DNA of 64,000 nucleotides from Desulfomonilia bacterium (lineage in GTDB: Bacteria > Desulfobacterota > Desulfomonilia > UBA1062): assembly GCA_050014195.1 (NCBI GenBank), contig JBEKDT010000012.1, positions 94,181-158,180 on the forward strand, written 5' to 3'. This document shows, in pieces, positions 58,314 to 64,000 of the stretch. The notes beneath the pieces were generated by a model that saw only the letters and a program-made list of their open reading frames with translations, had not been told where the DNA came from and searched no databases. Each line of letters opens with the position of its first letter. Position 1 is the stretch's first letter. The position numbers were made by a program, and so were the translations under genes.

Positions 58314-59741
58314 ATGACCGGGCGAGGCTGGGACAATATGCATGACATACATGAGATTGATGATCACTGGCACGAAGAATGCGGTATAGTCGGGATCTAC
58401 GGCGATGCCAGTGCCGCAGAAAAGGTGTACCTGGGGCTGTACGCGTTGCAGCACCGCGGCCAGGAGAGTGCCGGCATTGCTACCTCGGACGGTAATGAGA
58501 TAGCCCTTCACAAGGGTCTTGGCCTTGTCTGGGCGGTATTCGCCGATCCTTCCGCCATGCCCAAGCTATCAGGCCATGCAGCCATCGGCCACAACAGGTA
58601 TTCCACCAAGGGGACCACGACCATCACCAATGCCCAGCCCATAGTCATCGAATGCAAATCAGGCCAGATAGCAGTGGCCCATAACGGCACCATCACCAAT
58701 GCATCCCAGCTTCGAAAAGGTATGCAGGATTCCGGCTCCATTTTTCAGACCACGTCCGACAGCGAGATAGTCCTGCACCTTATTGCCCGATCCGGCAAGG
58801 CCGACATAATGGATGCGATTACCGATGCATTACAGCAGCTTATGGGGGCATTCAGCTTTGTCTTCCTTGCGCAGGACAAGCTGATAGCCGTGCGGGATCC
58901 GCATGGGTTCAGGCCTTTAAGCCTCGGCACGCTCGATGGAGTCTACCTCGTGGCGTCAGAGACCTGCGCCTTTGACATCCTTGGCGCCGAATATATCCGC
59001 TCACTGGAACCCGGTGAAGTCGTCATCATCGACAAGGCCGGAGTACGGTCCATAAGCCTTCCGGCTTCCGAGAGGAAGAGCTTCTGTATCTTCGAACACA
59101 TCTACTTTGCTCGCCCAGACAGCCTGGTGTTCGGCGAGAAGGTCGACAAGATCAGGCGCATGCTCGGGAAAAGGCTTGCCGAAGATCAACCTGCGGATGC
59201 AGACATCGTGATCGCCGTACCCGACTCCGGGAACACCGCTGCCCTGGGATATGCACGGGTATCGGGCCTCAGATATGAGATCGGGCTTATCAGGAACCAC
59301 TATGTAGGCCGTACTTTCATCGCCCCTCATCAGGACAAGCGCAAGCTCGACGTTAAGGTAAAGCTAAACCCGGTAACCGGCGTACTCGATAACCGGCGGG
59401 TCGTGTTGGTGGATGATTCCATTGTGAGGGGCACCACCATGCGGCAGATAGTAAAGATGCTCAAGGAAAAGGGCGCCCGGGAGATACACGTGAGGATCAG
59501 CTCGCCCCCGATCATGCATCCCTGCTTCTACGGTATAGACATATCCCGCCATTCGGAGCTGATAGCCAGTGAAAGAAGCATAGAGGAGATCAGGGAATAT
59601 ATTGAGGCAGACTCACTTGGATACCTCTCCATACCCGGAATGCTCAGCACGGTTGATAACAGCAGCAATTATTGCACGGCATGCTTTAGTGGCGATTACT
59701 CTACAGCCGTGCCGGATGACTTTGATAAGTTCAAGTTCTGA
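58314..59741 (+). CDS. purF: Amidophosphoribosyltransferase
   Basis: EECG propeptide site, QHRGQ, VDDSIVRGTT, CTACF. Confidence 0.96.
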   Translation: MTGRGWDNMHDIHEIDDHWHEECGIVGIYGDASAAEKVYLGLYALQHRGQESAGIATSDGNEIALHKGLGLVWAVFADPSAMPKLSGHAAIGHNRYSTKGTTTITNAQPIVIECKSGQIAVAHNGTITNASQLRKGMQDSGSIFQTTSDSEIVLHLIARSGKADIMDAITDALQQLMGAFSFVFLAQDKLIAVRDPHGFRPLSLGTLDGVYLVASETCAFDILGAEYIRSLEPGEVVIIDKAGVRSISLPASERKSFCIFEHIYFARPDSLVFGEKVDKIRRMLGKRLAEDQPADADIVIAVPDSGNTAALGYARVSGLRYEIGLIRNHYVGRTFIAPHQDKRKLDVKVKLNPVTGVLDNRRVVLVDDSIVRGTTMRQIVKMLKEKGAREIHVRISSPPIMHPCFYGIDISRHSELIASERSIEEIREYIEADSLGYLSIPGMLSTVDNSSNYCTACFSGDYSTAVPDDFDKFKF

Positions 59742-59940
59742 AACATCGCAGTGAAACTTGATTGAGAGATTTGAACAAAATTGTTATATTGTTATAATGA
59801 ATTTGCCTTTTGCCTTTCAAACAAACCGCTTCTGCTAAAACTCTTCCTGATTTTAAATCGCCGGTGAATTAAGGATAGGCCTGCATTTATATACCTTCAG
59901 TCCATCTTGAAGACCCGGGGGAAAATTTTTTAATTTCCAA

Positions 59941-59956
59941 TGGCACATCCATTGCT
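59941..59956 (+). promoter_or_regulatory. Sigma54 promoter
   Basis: TGGCAC-ATCCA-TTGCT, consensus. Confidence 0.75.
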
Positions 59957-60018
59957 TATAATACATAAATTCACGAGAAGGCCCCCGGGGCCAATACAGA
60001 CATTAGGAGGATTGAAAG

Positions 60019-61242
60019 ATGGCTTTTATCGGTGAAGATCTGTTCCATTTTCAGGCAACGATCGAGCAGGCAGGGTCCACATTCGAGGATTTCGTCCGTG
60101 ACAACTACGTAAGCAAGTGGGTGAACGACGACATTTATAATGCCATGAGTGTCCGCACCACATTTGTGACAGCCATCAATAATTATCTCGTGAATGAAGG
60201 CCTCCTCAATCTTGAGCGGGTGGAGATGAGCCCGGTGACGGACCCGCTGGCCCATGACGTGGAGCACGTCCCGAACATTCATTACAAGGGCATGCCCTAT
60301 GTATGCACTCATTCCATGATCTATATGAAGTTCCTTGCATGCTTCAACCCGAAGCTGAAGGGGATTTTCGTCGATTCGCCGAACATCCGCCTGGAGATTG
60401 AAAGCCCACAGAGAAAGCAGCGAGGCAAATACCTCATCGACTTCTCTCAGATCGATGTGGAACTCAGGAGAAACAGGGGTGTTGATTTCGATCAGTACAA
60501 GAACCAGCCTGAAAAGGTGAAGAAGATACTGAAGGAAGACTTCGAGAAGGCCATAGACTTTTTTGAGCGCATGCTCATTGCGGGCTTATCGGCCGTTGCA
60601 GAGAAGAATGAAGAAAGTCTCAAGGCGCTTGGCGTAGCTATTGAAGTCCCCAAACAGCCTATCCCGCGCATCAGACACGATGAGGCCATCAAGAAGTACG
60701 GCAAGGTGGACCTCGATGCCAAGGTAGGGGAAGAAGTGAAGGGACAGTTCTTCTGGGTCACCGGCCTCATGAGGGAGAATTACGACCTCATCTACCCCTA
60801 TGTCCTCCCGGACGGCGGTAAGATACAGCTTTCCACCTTCACATCCGACATGATCTACAACTACGACATCTGCGCAAAATCGCTGCTCAGAAAGACAAAC
60901 AAGTTCACCCCGGCCCTGGAGATCGTCTCCGGAGCCCTCAGGGAGTGGCTCTATGAGCCGATAATTCAGAGGCTCCTCGACAACAGGATCATTCCTGAGG
61001 CGCCTGTCTTCGAAGACGGCATGCTCCAGAATATCGCAGTACTCGACGGGTACGGTCCCTTCCTGACCGCCGTCCACATGTTGAACAAGAAGGGGCAGGC
61101 TTACTTCCCCGACACCTTAGGTGCAGGCATAGGGATAGAGAGGTCGCTCTATGCATTGCTCAAGGGTGAGAAGATCGAGAAGATCGACGACATCACCTGT
61201 TTCGGAAAGAACCCTGACACATACCCGATATTCCTCTTTTAG
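60019..61242 (+). CDS. AsnRS/AspRS catalytic-domain paralog, archaeal-type ammonia-dependent asparagine synthetase (AS-AR-like)
   Basis: SPVTDPL, THSMI, SPNIRLE, FSQIDVE, GAGIGIER; no anticodon-binding domain. Confidence 0.75.
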   Translation: MAFIGEDLFHFQATIEQAGSTFEDFVRDNYVSKWVNDDIYNAMSVRTTFVTAINNYLVNEGLLNLERVEMSPVTDPLAHDVEHVPNIHYKGMPYVCTHSMIYMKFLACFNPKLKGIFVDSPNIRLEIESPQRKQRGKYLIDFSQIDVELRRNRGVDFDQYKNQPEKVKKILKEDFEKAIDFFERMLIAGLSAVAEKNEESLKALGVAIEVPKQPIPRIRHDEAIKKYGKVDLDAKVGEEVKGQFFWVTGLMRENYDLIYPYVLPDGGKIQLSTFTSDMIYNYDICAKSLLRKTNKFTPALEIVSGALREWLYEPIIQRLLDNRIIPEAPVFEDGMLQNIAVLDGYGPFLTAVHMLNKKGQAYFPDTLGAGIGIERSLYALLKGEKIEKIDDITCFGKNPDTYPIFLF

Positions 61243-61261
61243 ATAGATAACGGGAATACGA

Positions 61262-61300
61262 AAGAAGCCCTTTCGCCCGATATTCGGGCGAAGGGTTTTT
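61262..61300. terminator. Bidirectional terminator
   Basis: ccctttcgcccga-tat-tcgggcgaagggttttt between convergent genes. Confidence 0.75.
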
Positions 61301-61313
61301 CTGTAGATAGTAG

Positions 61314-63785
61314 TTACTGATCACTCAATTTGGATATCGCATTGGTAATCTCGACCACTATGCGAAAATCAAGCTCTTCATCGGTGATTTTTTCCCCAAA
61401 CTCGTCAACAACATAGAAGACATCCGTGCATGGATCGCCGGTATGTGAAAGGAATGCCCGGTGGATATCAAGACCAAGTGCAGCTATGGTTTGAGCTGTG
61501 CGGAAGAGGAGTCCGAACCTTTGCGGTGAATGCACATCGATCACCGTGAAGAAGTCTGAGCTGTTGTTGTCCAGGTTGACCACGGGAATCGATGAGGAGT
61601 GGATCATAGAACCATTCTTGATGGGCCTTGTGGAGGAAATACGCTCATTGATATCCAGTGAACCCGAAGCTGCAAGCCTGAATTGCTCGGTAATCTTGCC
61701 CCAGTTTGCATAATCCTTCCATGGTGTCAGAACTGTGAACTCATCAACTGCTATACCGTCGAGCCAAGTAAAGATCTTTGCAGAAATAATTTCCAGATGG
61801 TTGATAGTGAGGATCCCCGTGAGCATGGCAAAGAGGCCTGGCCTGTCTCGGGTAATGATGGTAACGGCAGCATACTCACCTTTGACCCGGACGTCCACCA
61901 TGATATCGTTCGGATTCTTTAGACCGCCACTTAGTTCGAGGTGGTGCTTTATATCCTCGATCTCAGTATGGAGGATATAGGCCTGGGGAAGCGCCCACAG
62001 CCTTCCCCCCTGCCGTGAACCTTGCTCTGCGGGGACATCCGCGATGAGTTGGTTCCACCTTTCTTCCAGGATGATCATGTTGTCGGGATCCCGAAGAATA
62101 CCCCGCTGCAGGCTGTGAGCAGCCTTCAGGTAGAGCTCACGTAACAGAGCAGCCTTCCATTCATCCCATGCACGGGGGCCTGTCGCCCTTGCATCGGCAA
62201 CACTGAGGAGATAGAGCATGGTAAGGGTCTGGTCGTCACGTGTAAGCCTGGCGCAATCCAGGGCCACCTTTTCCTCAGAGAGGTCTCTCCTGAAAGCCGT
62301 GTCGGGTAAAAGGAGATGATAACGCACGAGAAATGCAACAAGATCTGCGCGCTTTTCAGAGAACCCGAGCGATCCGGCTATGCCCTGTGCAACAGGCGCC
62401 CCTGTAATAGCATGGGGTCTCCCTAATCCTTTCCCGATGTCGTGAAGGAGCGCGGCAACATACAACACTGCTTTATCCGACACGGATGCAATGAGTTCAG
62501 GATCTTCATCTTCAAGGGCCTTCAATTCATCAACCGTTTTTATGCTATGCAGATCGGTGGTGTAGGTATGGAAGGCATCAAAATGAGTGCGGCCCTTGAT
62601 AGACCCGAAATCGGGTATAAAACGTTCGAGAACTCCGGTCTCCAGCATGGCCGTCAGTGCCATGGCAGGGTACCTCCCGGTGAGGATTGTCAGAAAGTCC
62701 TCTTTCGCCTCCATGCTCTCCCTCACTTGAGAAACTAATACCAGGGCATTCCTGACATGATGACGCGCCTCGATGGACATAGTCATACCGAGAGATGAAA
62801 TATGGGTAAATACCTTGAGAATCAACTCCGGCTTTTCAATGATTTTTCGATGATCAGTAAACGAAATCTGGCCGGAGGTGAGCCGGAAATTGTCATCGAG
62901 CAGCTTGTCTCCTCGGCTGCGCTTAAGTCCCAATGCCAAATTATATTGGGAGAGCACGGCTTCAGATAAGGATTTCACCGTAAGGGCACAACGGTGAAAC
63001 TGCCTCATGAAAAGCTCGGCTGCAGATTCATAACCGTTACCATTATACCCCAGTTCGGCAGCCAAGGCCCCTTGGTACTCGAAATACAGCCGGTCATTTT
63101 TTCTACCCGATATATCATGGAGGGTATAGCGTATTTTAAGAAGATGATCCAAGGCATCTTCAAGCTCCTCGCGGTCCACAGGACTGACATATGAGGGGAT
63201 GTAACGGGCCTTTGGGTCAAACGATGCCGCTTTGATTACCCACATGAGACAGTGATAATCTCTTAGGCTCCCATTCCCTTCCTTGATGTCCGGCTCAAGG
63301 TAATAAGAAGCATCTCCGCACTTATTGTGCCGTTTTTCCACATGTGCGTTCAGGTCTACGAGGAAGCTTTTCGTGTCTCTAAAGCGCTTATCCTTGCCCA
63401 TTACATGAATCAGCTCATCAAACAGCTCTCTGGATCCGCAGACAAATCGCGCATCCAGCAATGATGTCCGGAAGAAGAAGTCGTCTCTCGTGTCGCGTAA
63501 TGCCTGTTTGACTGTGCGAACACTATAACTGACCGTATACCCCTCGTCCCAGAGAGGGTACATCATATCTTTAAGTGCTTTTTCAATCTCGGCATGTCCT
63601 GTTCTGCGGTGTGCGAGGAGCAGTAGGTCAATGTCGGAGAAGGGGCAAAGTTCATTCCTGCCGTATCCTCCCACGGCTACGATGGACCATTTTGGACTGT
63701 TTGTGCCGAACCGGCTTTCGAATAGGCCGGTGATGGTCCTGTCAGTCCGTTCAGTAAGTTCTGTGCAGAGGGTTCTTCCATCCAT
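61314..63785 (-). CDS. glnD: PII uridylyltransferase/uridylyl-removing enzyme
   Basis: AVGGYGR..SDIDL, EPDIKE..LRD, LLHDIGKG, two ACT domains. Confidence 0.95.
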   Translation of the reverse strand: MDGRTLCTELTERTDRTITGLFESRFGTNSPKWSIVAVGGYGRNELCPFSDIDLLLLAHRRTGHAEIEKALKDMMYPLWDEGYTVSYSVRTVKQALRDTRDDFFFRTSLLDARFVCGSRELFDELIHVMGKDKRFRDTKSFLVDLNAHVEKRHNKCGDASYYLEPDIKEGNGSLRDYHCLMWVIKAASFDPKARYIPSYVSPVDREELEDALDHLLKIRYTLHDISGRKNDRLYFEYQGALAAELGYNGNGYESAAELFMRQFHRCALTVKSLSEAVLSQYNLALGLKRSRGDKLLDDNFRLTSGQISFTDHRKIIEKPELILKVFTHISSLGMTMSIEARHHVRNALVLVSQVRESMEAKEDFLTILTGRYPAMALTAMLETGVLERFIPDFGSIKGRTHFDAFHTYTTDLHSIKTVDELKALEDEDPELIASVSDKAVLYVAALLHDIGKGLGRPHAITGAPVAQGIAGSLGFSEKRADLVAFLVRYHLLLPDTAFRRDLSEEKVALDCARLTRDDQTLTMLYLLSVADARATGPRAWDEWKAALLRELYLKAAHSLQRGILRDPDNMIILEERWNQLIADVPAEQGSRQGGRLWALPQAYILHTEIEDIKHHLELSGGLKNPNDIMVDVRVKGEYAAVTIITRDRPGLFAMLTGILTINHLEIISAKIFTWLDGIAVDEFTVLTPWKDYANWGKITEQFRLAASGSLDINERISSTRPIKNGSMIHSSSIPVVNLDNNSSDFFTVIDVHSPQRFGLLFRTAQTIAALGLDIHRAFLSHTGDPCTDVFYVVDEFGEKITDEELDFRIVVEITNAISKLSDQ

Positions 63786-63869
63786 GGTTTAGTGACCAGT
63801 GATCAGTGATGAGTGCTTGGATAAAATACTCAATGGATTCTCCATCCTTGCTTTCTGTTCACTGATCAC

Positions 63870-64000
<131 letters not shown>

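Overview
64-kb window from an anaerobic Gram-negative bacterium, probably deltaproteobacterial (Desulfobacterota/Syntrophales-like; inferred from PEP-CTERM proteins, sigma54 promoters, CODH/ACS, group 3c hydrogenase and Hcp). Core genes: a CODH/acetyl-CoA synthase cluster (cooC, core methionine synthase, cooC, cooS, an unusual acsB-acsD fusion, acsC), RNA-modification genes, a TetR-yhiI-rbbA-yhhJ transporter, hcp, an Mvh-type hydrogenase operon headed by a GltD-like flavoprotein, mprF, asnB, purF, an archaeal-type asparagine synthetase, glnD and partial glnB. There are two visibly AT-richer accessory regions (about 2.4-12.8 kb and 42.3-47.9 kb). The main observation is in the first. It is built from self-contained modules: PEP-CTERM surface proteins, PilZ, HIT, an MCP, a candidate sRNA and a mini-protein. 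These are separated by 7-8 same-orientation copies of an unannotated 65-100 bp semi-palindromic element, and a further copy marks the edge of the second island. An ORF-less group II intron has inserted twice at the same nucleotide of this element, and its EBS1/EBS2 are complementary to the element's conserved core. This resembles an integron-like cassette array with a non-canonical site and a dedicated intron parasite. No recombinase is present in the window, so the mechanism is inference. All alignments were done by eye.
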